A stretch of 64,000 bases of DNA. Origin: Prochlorococcus sp. AG-363-M17 (GTDB taxonomy: Bacteria; Cyanobacteriota; Cyanobacteriia; PCC-6307; Cyanobiaceae). This document shows, piece by piece, positions 9,003 through 19,013 of this stretch (position 1 is the stretch's first letter; each line of letters starts with the position of its first letter). The stretch spans positions 692 through 64,691 of the forward strand of contig QCFS01000004.1 in assembly GCA_003278365.1 (NCBI GenBank). Direction: 5' to 3'. The position numbers and the translations under genes were made by a program. The notes under the pieces are model-generated. The model was not told where the DNA came from. It worked only from the letters and a program-made list of their open reading frames with translations, and searched no databases.

Positions 9003-10652
9003 TTGTCTATCCTAAATCAACATTACTGCGATATGAACCATCTCGAGCAGCAAAGGTTTACAGAAGATAGGAGCATCTGGATATCGGCTGGTATTTTCTT
9101 TTTAGCTTGCATGGCCTTACAGGTATGGAGAATGCAAAGCCTGGCAGCATCAATGGACCAAGGGATTCTTTATCAAATTCTTTGGAATGCCTTAAGAGGG
9201 CATCCTTTTGAGAGCACTCTCTCCTCACAACTATCAGCTGATGTAGTAATTTCAGGGAATATTCCGAGCGTTGGTTATCATCGACTGGGACAACATTTTA
9301 CACCTATACTAATAATCTGGTTACCTATAATAGGCCTATTAGGTAAATGGGCATTACCATTAATTCAAGTTAGTTTAATTACATTCTCAGGGTTAATTTT
9401 CTACTATCTCGCCAAAAGAAAACTTAGCTTAGATTTATCTAAAATGCTAACTTTAGCCTTCTTTGGTGCGAATGCAGTAATAGGTCCTTGTCTAGGAAAC
9501 TTTACGGACTTATGTCAATTACCTTTCTTTGCATTTAGCTTACTTTTAGGAGTTGAGAGAAGAAGTGGCTGGTTAACAATAATCCCAGCAATAGCAATCC
9601 CACTAATACGTGAGGATACTGGAGTTGTGCTAGTTGGAATTGGCATATGGATTGCCTATAAGTATAGACATCTATGGAAATTAGGCACAATGCTGATTCT
9701 TTATGGTGGGGCTTGGGTCTTAATTACGACTAATTTATTAATGCCCTTATTTAGCGAAGATACTTCTAAGCGTTTTATGGTAGAAAACTTTGGACAATAC
9801 CTACAAGATAAAGACCAAGCAAGCAGTATTGAAGTCATTCAATTGTCTTTACAGCAACCTTTCGTAATTCTAAAAGAAATAATCAACCCTCCTGGTAAAA
9901 CTATTGGATATTTACTAGGTCATGGCCTTCCTCTAATTTTCATACCGTTCATTTCAATTGATAGTTGGTTGATGATGGGTTTACCTTTATTAGGCCTTTT
10001 AATGGCACAAGGAAATCCTCTTGCAATTAATTGGCGCTATACATATCTTGTAATCCCTGGACTATTTGCTGGAGCAATTTATTGGTGGCAAAAAAATGAG
10101 CCAGTTTTTAATTCACGAAGACTCAAAAGAATATGGGCTGGGTGTATTACGCTATCTCTAATATTTACAATAGGAAGTAACCCTAATAGAACACTTTCTT
10201 GGCTAATTCCTGAAAGTATTGAACCATGGGTTTTTCATTCTCCAATTAAACAATGGCAACATGGCGTGATCGCAAGGAAAGCTATCAAAGGGATTCCAAA
10301 AAAAGCTTCTGTCTCTGCAAGTTCAACTTTTGTTCCACACCTGGCCAATAGAGAAGTCTTAATAAGATTTCCATATCATATAAAATATAATGACGCCGAA
10401 ATGAATGTACAAAGGGTCGACTGGATAGCTATAGATCTTGAGCATCACAGAAAATATGCAGATAAGTTTAAAAATGAATGGCGCGACTTGCAAGAGATAT
10501 TAGACGTCATGAAAGATCTAGAAGAGGATTATTCTGTAAGGTTTGTTCAAGATGGAATTGTAATTCTGCAATTAAATTCTGAGAAAAAATCTACACTTGA
10601 AAATCAATACTCCAATTTAGTTAGATCTACAAAAGAGATCAATCCACCTTGA
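9003..10652 (+). CDS. DUF2079-like membrane protein, putative GT-C glycosyltransferase (paralogue 3); start may be ATG 9033
   Basis: MDQGILYQILWN, QHFTP, REDTG and VPHLANRE motifs; aligns by eye with the 5606-7264 protein along its length. Confidence 0.75.
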   Translation: MSILNQHYCDMNHLEQQRFTEDRSIWISAGIFFLACMALQVWRMQSLAASMDQGILYQILWNALRGHPFESTLSSQLSADVVISGNIPSVGYHRLGQHFTPILIIWLPIIGLLGKWALPLIQVSLITFSGLIFYYLAKRKLSLDLSKMLTLAFFGANAVIGPCLGNFTDLCQLPFFAFSLLLGVERRSGWLTIIPAIAIPLIREDTGVVLVGIGIWIAYKYRHLWKLGTMLILYGGAWVLITTNLLMPLFSEDTSKRFMVENFGQYLQDKDQASSIEVIQLSLQQPFVILKEIINPPGKTIGYLLGHGLPLIFIPFISIDSWLMMGLPLLGLLMAQGNPLAINWRYTYLVIPGLFAGAIYWWQKNEPVFNSRRLKRIWAGCITLSLIFTIGSNPNRTLSWLIPESIEPWVFHSPIKQWQHGVIARKAIKGIPKKASVSASSTFVPHLANREVLIRFPYHIKYNDAEMNVQRVDWIAIDLEHHRKYADKFKNEWRDLQEILDVMKDLEEDYSVRFVQDGIVILQLNSEKKSTLENQYSNLVRSTKEINPP

Positions 10653-10833
10653 AACTTTATTCTAATGCCTAGTTATATTTCTTCTACAGTTAATATATAA
10701 AGGAGGTCAATATATGTGTGATTCACTAAATTAAAGTTACCTTATTTTCTAAAAACAATAGATATTCTTCTCATTATCCCACTAAAGCGGTTATGGTAAT
10801 GAGAATAAAATAAAAACCCTAAGAAATTCTTCC

Positions 10834-11097
10834 GTGTACATCATTGAGCTAGTGCTGAAATTAAATCCAATCCCCTTGTCTGTCCAGCGCAAGGAATTAA
10901 AAGATGCCGAGGTCATCTACAAAGACTTAAGGCATTGCCTTGAAAAAGGAAACTCTCGACTTATAGACCTTACTTGTGAAGTAGTGAAAGGGAAGAAAAT
11001 AGCTGTTATATCTAATGAAATACTGGCTGTTCAAATTTACGAAAAAACAGCCTCTTCTACTGGTATTAAAAGACCAGGCTTCTCATTTGAGACCTAG
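10834..11097 (+). CDS. Conserved cyanobacterial hypothetical protein (UPF0367-like)
   Basis: 87 aa, GTG start; PLSVQRKE...L.CE...K.AV...EI.AVQ and C-terminal RPGF pattern. Confidence 0.7.
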   Translation: MYIIELVLKLNPIPLSVQRKELKDAEVIYKDLRHCLEKGNSRLIDLTCEVVKGKKIAVISNEILAVQIYEKTASSTGIKRPGFSFET

Positions 11098-11101
11098 AAA
11101 T

Positions 11102-11812
11102 ATGACCAATGGCGACGAGCTGAAAGTAAAAAAGACCATCGAAAAATTAGACTTTAAAAACATCTATTTCTCTTGGCCTTCAGGAAAAGAAGCTCTTGCT
11201 AACTGCAGTTTCTCAATTCCTGGGCCTGGTCTATGGATGTTAGTGGGTAGAAATGGCAGTGGGAAAAGCACTCTTTTCAAGATCATCAGTGGTCTACTTC
11301 AACCTCAACATGGAGAAATAAGCTGCAATCTCAAGTCTTCACTAATGTTTCAAAACCCTGATCATCAAATTCTGCTGCCCAGTTGTGGCAGTGATTTGCT
11401 TCACAATCTGCCAGCCAACTTAACAAACACACAAATAGAGATCCGTATAACAGAACTATTAGCTGAAGTCGATCTAGAAGGTTTAGCGTCCAGACCTATC
11501 CACACTCTTAGTGGAGGGCAAAAGCAAAGACTGGCTTTGGCCGGTGCCCTTGCAAGCGAATCCCAATTGCTGTTGCTTGACGAACCAACTGCACTTCTCG
11601 ACCCAAATAATCAAAAGATGGTTTTAAGAACAGTTAAAAAGCTTTGCCACCGATCAAAAGATCCTCTGACAGCTATCTGGATAACCCACCGCTTAGATGA
11701 ACTAGACCATGCAGATGGGGCTGCCAGAATGGAAAATGGGAAAGTTGGAAAATGGATTTCTGGCAAACAACTAAGAAAATCTATCCAGCCACTTGCAGTA
11801 AGGCAGGTATGA
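11102..11812 (+). CDS. ABC transporter ATP-binding protein (EcfA/CbiO-like)
   Basis: Walker A GRNGSGKS, FQNPD Q-loop, LSGGQKQR signature, LLLDEPT, ITH. Start moved to ATG 11102 to avoid overlap with the upstream gene. Confidence 0.85.
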   Translation: MTNGDELKVKKTIEKLDFKNIYFSWPSGKEALANCSFSIPGPGLWMLVGRNGSGKSTLFKIISGLLQPQHGEISCNLKSSLMFQNPDHQILLPSCGSDLLHNLPANLTNTQIEIRITELLAEVDLEGLASRPIHTLSGGQKQRLALAGALASESQLLLLDEPTALLDPNNQKMVLRTVKKLCHRSKDPLTAIWITHRLDELDHADGAARMENGKVGKWISGKQLRKSIQPLAVRQV

Positions 11813-11835
11813 ACGGTAAGTTCTTCGGGTTCCAT

Positions 11836-11907
11836 TCCTCGGTAGCTCAGCGGTAGAGCGGTCGACTGTTAATCGATTGGTCGCAGGTTCGAATCCCGCC
11901 CGGGGAG
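11836..11907 (+). tRNA. tRNA-Asn (GTT), CCA not encoded
   Basis: Acceptor stem TCCTCGG/CCGGGGA, D-arm GCTCAGCGGTAGAGC, anticodon loop CTGTTAA, T-loop TTCGAAT. Confidence 0.97.
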
Positions 11908-11914
11908 CCTTATA

Positions 11915-11943
11915 AAGAGCCATAGCTTAAAGCTGTGGCTCTT
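11915..11943 (+). terminator. Hairpin immediately downstream of tRNA-Asn (terminator or processing stem)
   Basis: AAGAGCCATAGCT-TAA-AGCTGTGGCTCTT forms a 13-bp stem with one G-U pair; the U-tail is weak. Confidence 0.6.
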
Positions 11944-12189
11944 GTCACTATTTTCACGAAATCCACTACAGACCATGGAGAGATTCTGAAGAATTTCTAA
12001 AGACGAGTAGGCTCATCTGAAGCAGGCAATCAGCTGTAAGCTTAGTTATCGCAATATTTTTCAGCGAAAAGGTTGACGAGATCGCCAAGGATTGCATTCA
12101 TGCAAAGCAACACAAATCTTGAGAGAATCATGCAATTACACATGTAACAGCATTTTGCTGATTACGCATCACATCCATAAACCGATCTA

Positions 12190-12981
12190 ATGAAGCCTTG
12201 CATCCTGCTCATTGAAGACGACCAGGACATGCGCGACCTGGTAAGCAGTCATTTAGAGCACACAGGTTTTGATGTTCAAAAAGCAGGTGATGGCATTAAA
12301 GGGCAAGCTCTAGCACTGCAATACAGTCCCGATCTCATTCTTCTAGACTTAATGCTCCCTAACGTAGATGGGCTAACCATCTGTCAGAGACTAAGAAGGG
12401 ACGAGCGAACCTCGGGCATACCTATCCTTATGCTCACAGCATTAGGAGGAACCAAAGATAAGGTAAGTGGATTCAATTCTGGTGCAGACGATTATTTAAC
12501 CAAGCCATTTGACCTAGAAGAGCTCACAGTAAGAATTAAAGCTCTCCTGCGTCGTACGGATAGAGCTCCAATTGGCACAAGCAGTCATCAGGAGATTCTC
12601 AACTTTGGACCTCTAACTCTTGTACCAGAAAGATTCGAGGCGATTTGGTTTGACCGTCCAGTCAGGCTGACTCATTTGGAATTTGAACTTTTACATTGTC
12701 TACTTCAACGCCACGGGCAAACAGTTGCACCTTCATTAATTCTCAAAGAGGTTTGGGGATATGAACCTGATGATGATATAGAAACCATTCGAGTTCATGT
12801 TCGTCATCTCAGGACAAAACTTGAGCCTGAGCCAAGGAAACCTCGATTTATCAAGACAGTTTATGGAGCAGGGTATTGTCTTGAACTACCGACTGGTGGT
12901 GAAATTGCAGCAATGCAAGATGTACTAGCAAAGGCACGCGAAGAAAGAGAAAAAAAGAAAGCAGAAAGAGAAAGCGCTTAA
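12190..12981 (+). CDS. rpaA: OmpR-family response regulator RpaA
   Basis: Receiver domain plus winged helix; [54 protein letters not shown]. Confidence 0.95.
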   Translation: MKPCILLIEDDQDMRDLVSSHLEHTGFDVQKAGDGIKGQALALQYSPDLILLDLMLPNVDGLTICQRLRRDERTSGIPILMLTALGGTKDKVSGFNSGADDYLTKPFDLEELTVRIKALLRRTDRAPIGTSSHQEILNFGPLTLVPERFEAIWFDRPVRLTHLEFELLHCLLQRHGQTVAPSLILKEVWGYEPDDDIETIRVHVRHLRTKLEPEPRKPRFIKTVYGAGYCLELPTGGEIAAMQDVLAKAREEREKKKAERESA

Positions 12982-13964
12982 ACAAAATCCCGTAATTCCA
13001 AAAACGCCATTTCCCATGCAAGCCTCGGCTGGACATAAGACAATAGATGCTTCCTTAACGTCTCTAATCTTCTGATTGGGCGATCGTCTTGAGTGCTGAA
13101 CCAAAGGTGATATTCCAACCAATCAATTAACCACAGTTGCTGCTCACTTTGCAAAGCTTCCGTTAAATCTCTAGCTAAAGATAATGCTTCTAAAGAAGCT
13201 TGAGGAAGCGCATCTAAGCGCATCATTAAGTCCTTGGGCAGTGCTTCCCAAATACCTATATTTTTGATCAATCCCCCTGGTGAACCTCCTGAGAGTGCCA
13301 TCAATTCTGGTTGTTCTGAATTACTAATTAATGAAGATATCTTATTTGTTTTATCTACTCTCAATAGAACCTCTTTAAGAAGCTTAGATCCCAATCTACC
13401 AAACATAATCTTTTGACACCTAGAAGAAATTGTTTGCAAAAGCCTCTCTGGAGAAGTGGATATCAGTATTATCAATCCATGTCCAGGTTCTTCTAGAGTT
13501 TTCAAAAGAGCATTCGCTACACTTTCAGGCATAGCATCAACGTATTCAATAACAACCATTCCTCTTTTGCACTCTGATGGTTGTTTCGCTAAAAATTGTG
13601 TAACTGCTCTTATTTGTTCTAATCGAACCTGCGGAGGTCCTTTTTTTACTATGCCTTCTTTATCAGCATTGGATTTAGTGATAAGCCGTCCTTGATGCTT
13701 ATAAGTAGGCTCAACCCACAACAAGTCAGGATGGTTACACCTCTCCAATCTTCGTCTATTTCTAAGATCAACTTGACCGTTATTTAAAACTCCTTCTAGA
13801 AAGCGTAATGCTGTTAGACGTCGACCAACTCCATCAGGCCCAGAAAAAAGATATGCAGGTGCAATATGAGACTTATAAATTGCACTTTGGAGAATTGATA
13901 TTGCTGATTGTTGACCAATTATGTCATCAAAAACCATATCTATTTTATTGATCTCTTGTTTCAT
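12978..13964 (-). CDS. holB: DNA polymerase III subunit delta'
   Basis: [39 protein letters not shown]; follows tmk. Confidence 0.93.
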   Translation of the reverse strand: MKQEINKIDMVFDDIIGQQSAISILQSAIYKSHIAPAYLFSGPDGVGRRLTALRFLEGVLNNGQVDLRNRRRLERCNHPDLLWVEPTYKHQGRLITKSNADKEGIVKKGPPQVRLEQIRAVTQFLAKQPSECKRGMVVIEYVDAMPESVANALLKTLEEPGHGLIILISTSPERLLQTISSRCQKIMFGRLGSKLLKEVLLRVDKTNKISSLISNSEQPELMALSGGSPGGLIKNIGIWEALPKDLMMRLDALPQASLEALSLARDLTEALQSEQQLWLIDWLEYHLWFSTQDDRPIRRLETLRKHLLSYVQPRLAWEMAFLELRDFV

Positions 13965-14605
13965 AATGGTGCTCTGAAATTAAAAGCTTTTAGCAATTCA
14001 TTTTCAATAGAGGTACTAACTTCTCGAGGGCTTTGATCTGCTTTTATTTTCAACCAATTACGAGACTTCGCTATTACAGAGAAGCCATCAGAAACTCTTT
14101 CTAAAAAATTTAGGCCCTCAGCTTCAATACGATCATTAGGCAGCGAATCCCTGCGAGCCAAGCTTCGTGAAGCAGGTAAATCCAACCAAATCGTGAAGTC
14201 AGGAACTACACCAGCTGTAGCTATCTTTTCAAGATCTTTTATCACCTCTAAATCAAGTCTTCTTCCATACCCCTGATAAGCAAGTGTGGATCCGCTGAAT
14301 CGATCACTGACAACCCAATCACCATTGTTAAGAGCTGGCAAAATAACTTGAGATACGTGTTGAGCCCTATCTGCTGCATATAACAACAATTCGGATAAGG
14401 GTTCAGGTGATACCTCACCAGGAGGATGAAGCAATAATTGTCTCAAAGCAAGTCCCAAGTCTGTACCGCCAGGCTCTCTAGTTAGATGTAATTTTGCGTC
14501 CTTAGGCATCAATCCACTATTAGGAAGCCATTTTTCAAGATGCTTAAGCTGAGTTGATTTGCCACAGCCATCGATTCCCTCAAGCACCAATAATCGACCG
14601 ATCAT
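13961..14605 (-). CDS. tmk: Thymidylate kinase
   Basis: EGIDGCGKST, TREPGGT, DRAQH, DRFSGSTLAYQG. Confidence 0.96.
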   Translation of the reverse strand: MIGRLLVLEGIDGCGKSTQLKHLEKWLPNSGLMPKDAKLHLTREPGGTDLGLALRQLLLHPPGEVSPEPLSELLLYAADRAQHVSQVILPALNNGDWVVSDRFSGSTLAYQGYGRRLDLEVIKDLEKIATAGVVPDFTIWLDLPASRSLARRDSLPNDRIEAEGLNFLERVSDGFSVIAKSRNWLKIKADQSPREVSTSIENELLKAFNFRAPL

Positions 14606-16926
14606 GCACTCTTGAGTGTTAAAGCATTCACAACAACAGTAATAGAGCTAATTGCCATCAGCAGTGCAGCAATTGGAGGGGAAAGTAATAGCCCATAACT
14701 TGGCAAAAGCAAACCTGCTGCTATGGGCAAAGCAATTAAGTTATAGCCAAATGCCCAAAAAAGATTTTGCTTAATCTTTTGCATGGTCCTTCGAGCCAAT
14801 ATCAAAGCAGCTGGTAATCCCTCTAAGCGGTCTCCTAATAAAACTAGATCTGCAGATTCCTGTGCAATTTGGGTACCAGTACCAACCGCAATTCCAAGAT
14901 CAGCAGCCGCAAGTGCTGGCGCATCATTAATACCATCACCGACCATCGCTAAAGCACCAGACTGTCGAAGTAGCTCTATTTGTTCAAGCTTTTTTTCTGG
15001 AAGAAGCTTCCAGCCAAGCTGACTTTCCTCAAAACCAAGTTCTTCACCAAGCCGCTCTACTGCTTCTTTCCGATCACCGCTAAGAATACTTAAGTTCAGT
15101 CCCTGTTTTCGCAATCTTGCTAAAGCAAGAGATGCATCTGGACGCACAGAATCCTCAATAACAATCAGACCCAACAGTTCAGTACCACACGAGACACCAA
15201 CTATTGACTTTCCCTTTAAAGAAGTGGATTCAACATCATTCTGAATTTGATCATTCCAATTAGCACCCTCAAATCGAATCCATTCAGGAGTTCCGACTCG
15301 CACAACCCCTTCGACATCCTTAATGACTCCAGATATTCCTGATCCTGGAACGGTTGTTGTCGAAATAACTTCTAAAGTTTCAATTTTATATTTTTTAGCC
15401 TCGTGAACTACAGCATGTGCCAAAGGATGTCGACTGTTCTCCTCTATGCAAGAAGCCAGTTGAAACATTCGACCAGGATCAAGAGAACACAAAACTTCTG
15501 AAACCAAGGGTCGCCCCAGAGTCAACGTGCCAGTTTTATCAAAAACAATCCGTTTTAATGAAGCAGCCCTTTCAATTACATCCCCACCTCTAAACAAACA
15601 TCCCAGACGAGCAGCTTTACCCGAAGCCACAGTGATAACGGTTGGAGTTGCCAATCCCAATGCACATGGACAAGCAACTACCAAAACAGCTATGGCTAGT
15701 TGCAATGCCAAACCCAATGGTGTTTGTGCACCACTTCCAAGCGGAGAGTGGGCTGTATGGGCATGTATCAAGCTATGGCCATAAGCATCTAAAACGTTCG
15801 GCCAAAACTTGGCTCCTAATTGCCACCAAAATAAAAATGTCGCCAATGCAAGCGCTACAACTCCATAACAAAAGCGTCCTGCTATCAAATCAGCCAATCT
15901 TTGTATTGGAGCCTTCCTAGCCTGAGCTTGCTCTACCAAGCCGATGATTCTAGCCAAAGCTGTCTCTGCTCCGACTCTTGTCACCTCAAGAATCAATGTC
16001 GACTGAAGATTAAGGCTCCCTGAAGAGAGTTCAGTGCCGGGCGAAGCCTCTAGAGGCAATGATTCTCCTGTAAGGCTTGATACATCTACTGCAGATTTCC
16101 CATCAACTACTACCCCATCAACGGGTATTCGATCCCCTGCAAGGAGTTGTACTCGCTCACCAGGCCTAATAGCACCAACTCGAACCTCTCTAATTAATCC
16201 ATTTCTTAAAAACAACCTTGCTTTATCTGGTTGCAATTGAACCAATTGTTGCAAAGCCCTGCCAGTCCTAAATCTTGCTCGCTCTTCCAAAAAACGTCCC
16301 AGCAAAACAAAGCCTAAAAGCATCACAGGCTCATTAAAAAAACATGGCCAACCAACCTGAGGCCAAATCAATGCAACCAAACTTGCCAAGTAAGAACTTG
16401 AAACCCCAAGCCCTACCAAGGTATCCATTGTTGGCCCCCCACTTAAAGCTGCCCTAATTCCACCTAAGAGGATGGAGCGTCCTGGACCAATCAGAGCAAT
16501 CGTTGCCAATGCAGCATGAAAAGACAAGGTCCCGATAACTGGTATCTCAAGGTTTCCTCCCTCTGCTAAATGCCCTAGGACCGAAAGCACTAATAAAAGC
16601 AATGCGACAATCAATCTTTGCCACTGTCTCCATAATTCCCAAGCGGAATAGCTATTCGTCTCAGCGATACTTTCAATAGGGTTCGTTAGACGTAATTGAG
16701 CAGTGAAGCCCTTTAACGCCAAGGCATCCAGTATCGGTTCAAGCTCTTTAGAAGGGTCTGTTAAATCCAAATAGGCTGTACGGGTTACCAAGTTGACACT
16801 GGCAGCACAAACACCCTTTTGCTGAAGAAGGGTATCCTCAACAGCCCTCACACAACCGCCACATTTCATGCCCTCTACATCGAGCAAAATGGTTTCGTTA
16901 GAAGATTGCTTAGCTTTAGTGCTCAC
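14602..16926 (-). CDS. ctaA: Cu(I)-transporting P1B-type ATPase (CtaA-like)
   Basis: GMKCGGC metal-binding domain, TGES, CPC, DKTGT, GDGINDAP, YN and MAISS motifs. Confidence 0.88.
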   Translation of the reverse strand: MSTKAKQSSNETILLDVEGMKCGGCVRAVEDTLLQQKGVCAASVNLVTRTAYLDLTDPSKELEPILDALALKGFTAQLRLTNPIESIAETNSYSAWELWRQWQRLIVALLLLVLSVLGHLAEGGNLEIPVIGTLSFHAALATIALIGPGRSILLGGIRAALSGGPTMDTLVGLGVSSSYLASLVALIWPQVGWPCFFNEPVMLLGFVLLGRFLEERARFRTGRALQQLVQLQPDKARLFLRNGLIREVRVGAIRPGERVQLLAGDRIPVDGVVVDGKSAVDVSSLTGESLPLEASPGTELSSGSLNLQSTLILEVTRVGAETALARIIGLVEQAQARKAPIQRLADLIAGRFCYGVVALALATFLFWWQLGAKFWPNVLDAYGHSLIHAHTAHSPLGSGAQTPLGLALQLAIAVLVVACPCALGLATPTVITVASGKAARLGCLFRGGDVIERAASLKRIVFDKTGTLTLGRPLVSEVLCSLDPGRMFQLASCIEENSRHPLAHAVVHEAKKYKIETLEVISTTTVPGSGISGVIKDVEGVVRVGTPEWIRFEGANWNDQIQNDVESTSLKGKSIVGVSCGTELLGLIVIEDSVRPDASLALARLRKQGLNLSILSGDRKEAVERLGEELGFEESQLGWKLLPEKKLEQIELLRQSGALAMVGDGINDAPALAAADLGIAVGTGTQIAQESADLVLLGDRLEGLPAALILARRTMQKIKQNLFWAFGYNLIALPIAAGLLLPSYGLLLSPPIAALLMAISSITVVVNALTLKSA

Positions 16927-17074
16927 GACTCAGTGAGTGGGATGAAAGACATTAATCAAGAAAGATGCAGCAGCAAGAAAATGCGTTAATCAAAAATATA
17001 GAAAGTACTGTAAATAGACAAAAACCAAAGATTTCAGTCAGGATAGGTACCAATACTATTCTTACAATCCCGCC

Positions 17075-17596
17075 GTGCCAGTCAGTCAAAAGAAAGACAA
17101 CTTCATTGACAAAGCCTTCACAGTCATGGCTGAGTTAATAGTCAAAGTAATGCCAATTGGCGAAAACGAGAAAAAAGCATATATCTATTACAAAGAAGGG
17201 CTTTCTGCTCAAGACTGTGGGGACTATTCCGAAGCCCTTGAATGTTACGAAGAAAGCCTGAAGCTCGAAGAGAATGCTGTTGATAGAGGAGAAACCTTGA
17301 AAAACATGGCGATCATTTACATGAGTACTGGAGATGAAGATCTAGCGCTTGAAACCTATCAAAAAGCACTTGATGAAAATCCAAAGCAACCTTCCTGTTT
17401 GAAAAATATGGGATTAATTTATGAAAAGCGAGGGAGGATTGCTGAGCAAGCAGGCAATAAAGATGAATCAGATAGCTGGTTTGATCAAGCGGCTGAAGTT
17501 TGGAATAAAGCTGTAAGGCTTTATCCAGGTGGTTACCTAGACATAGAAAACTGGCTTAAAACCAGTGGCAGAAGCAACGTTGATGTTTATTTTTAA
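17075..17596 (+). CDS. ycf3: Photosystem I assembly protein Ycf3
   Basis: [13 protein letters not shown]-terminus, TPR repeats, [10 protein letters not shown]-terminus. Confidence 0.95.
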   Translation: MPVSQKKDNFIDKAFTVMAELIVKVMPIGENEKKAYIYYKEGLSAQDCGDYSEALECYEESLKLEENAVDRGETLKNMAIIYMSTGDEDLALETYQKALDENPKQPSCLKNMGLIYEKRGRIAEQAGNKDESDSWFDQAAEVWNKAVRLYPGGYLDIENWLKTSGRSNVDVYF

Positions 17597-17633
17597 AAGA
17601 AAAAGTCATGCAATCTTGGCCCTCATTAACTAT

Positions 17634-19013
17634 CTAATCAGTTCCTAGAACCCTAACAATTGCTTCATTGACATTGGAAGCTTCTATAACTTTCATCGTT
17701 TCTGAAATGTCTGACGAGGAAAGTCCGCTACCACTTGGGATTACTGCAGTCTTGAAACCCAATCTTTCAGCTTCCTGCAATCGCTGAGGAAGCTGACTAA
17801 CTGGTCTGAGCTGACCTCCAAGGCCTAATTCACCTATAAAAACTATGCCTTCCGGGAAAACAAAATCCTTAAAACTAGATACAACCGCTGCTGCAATTCC
17901 AAGGTCCGATGCAGGTTCTTCAACTTCCAACCCCCCTGCTACTGCCAAATAGCAATCATATCGAGAAAGTGGTAAAGCCATATGCTTTTCCAAGACAGCC
18001 AAAATCTGATGCAAGCGATTTGTTCCAACCCCAGTAGCAGTCCTCCTAGGACTTGCATAACTAGTAGTACTTACCAATGCCTGCAAATCAACCAATAAAG
18101 ATCTGGTGCCTTCACAAGCCACAATCGTTGCCACTCCAACAGCCGAAGTACCACTAATAAATAAGTCGCTTGGATTCAAAACCTCAACTAATCCACTCCC
18201 CTGCATCTCAAATACCCCAAGTTCATTTGTTGCTCCAAAACGATTCTTAACTGCTCTCAAAAGTCTATGACTAGCAAAACGATCTCCTTCAAAAGTTAAA
18301 ACAGCATCAACCAAGTGTTCAAGAACTTTTGGACCTGCCAAAATGCCTTCTTTAGTGACATGTCCAACAATTAACAATGCTATATCAAGCCTTTTAGCGA
18401 GGTTTTGCAAGGCAGCTGCGCATTCCCTTACCTGAGCAACAGAACCTGGAGCACTTGAAAGTTCGGAATCATTCAAAGCCTGAATACTGTCAATTATTGC
18501 TACTTCAGGCCTTAAAGCTTCTAACTCTCTAAGAACAAGCTCTAAATCCGTTTCCGAAAGCAGATGCATTTTTGAATCAGCGCCATTCATTCGGCTCCAA
18601 CGGAGCTTGACCTGTTGAGCTGATTCTTCAGCACTGACATAAAGAATTGATCTCTCACAAGACATAGCATTGGCACTCTGTAAAAGCAAAGTGCTCTTAC
18701 CAATGCCAGGGTCTCCTCCAACCAACACCAGAGAGCCAGGCACCAATCCACTACCAAGTACACGGTCAAGCTCCTTAAAACCACTACCTAGGCGCTGCAG
18801 CGGCTTTTCATCTAAAGAATTAATAGGTATCGAACGAAGATTAGACGGGGCCTTGCTAACTGATAAATCGTGACTCCTCTGCCTTGCTGAAGTGTCTTTA
18901 GCTCTCTGCTCCACCAATGTATTCCACGCTCCACAACTAGAGCAACGTCCGAAAAACTGTCTGGTTTGAGCTCCACAGCTCTGACAAACAAAGAAAGAAG
19001 ACGGACGTGCCAC
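17634..19013 (-). CDS. radA: DNA repair protein RadA/Sms
   Basis: C4 zinc finger, GGDPGIGKST, KNRFG, Lon-like C-terminus. Confidence 0.96.
   Translation of the reverse strand: MARPSSFFVCQSCGAQTRQFFGRCSSCGAWNTLVEQRAKDTSARQRSHDLSVSKAPSNLRSIPINSLDEKPLQRLGSGFKELDRVLGSGLVPGSLVLVGGDPGIGKSTLLLQSANAMSCERSILYVSAEESAQQVKLRWSRMNGADSKMHLLSETDLELVLRELEALRPEVAIIDSIQALNDSELSSAPGSVAQVRECAAALQNLAKRLDIALLIVGHVTKEGILAGPKVLEHLVDAVLTFEGDRFASHRLLRAVKNRFGATNELGVFEMQGSGLVEVLNPSDLFISGTSAVGVATIVACEGTRSLLVDLQALVSTTSYASPRRTATGVGTNRLHQILAVLEKHMALPLSRYDCYLAVAGGLEVEEPASDLGIAAAVVSSFKDFVFPEGIVFIGELGLGGQLRPVSQLPQRLQEAERLGFKTAVIPSGSGLSSSDISETMKVIEASNVNEAIVRVLGTD

Noticed and set aside
11836-11907. tRNA-Asn as an integration site for the transferase cluster
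   Set aside because: I saw no integrase and no duplicated tRNA 3' end, and two ordinary genes separate the tRNA from the cluster.
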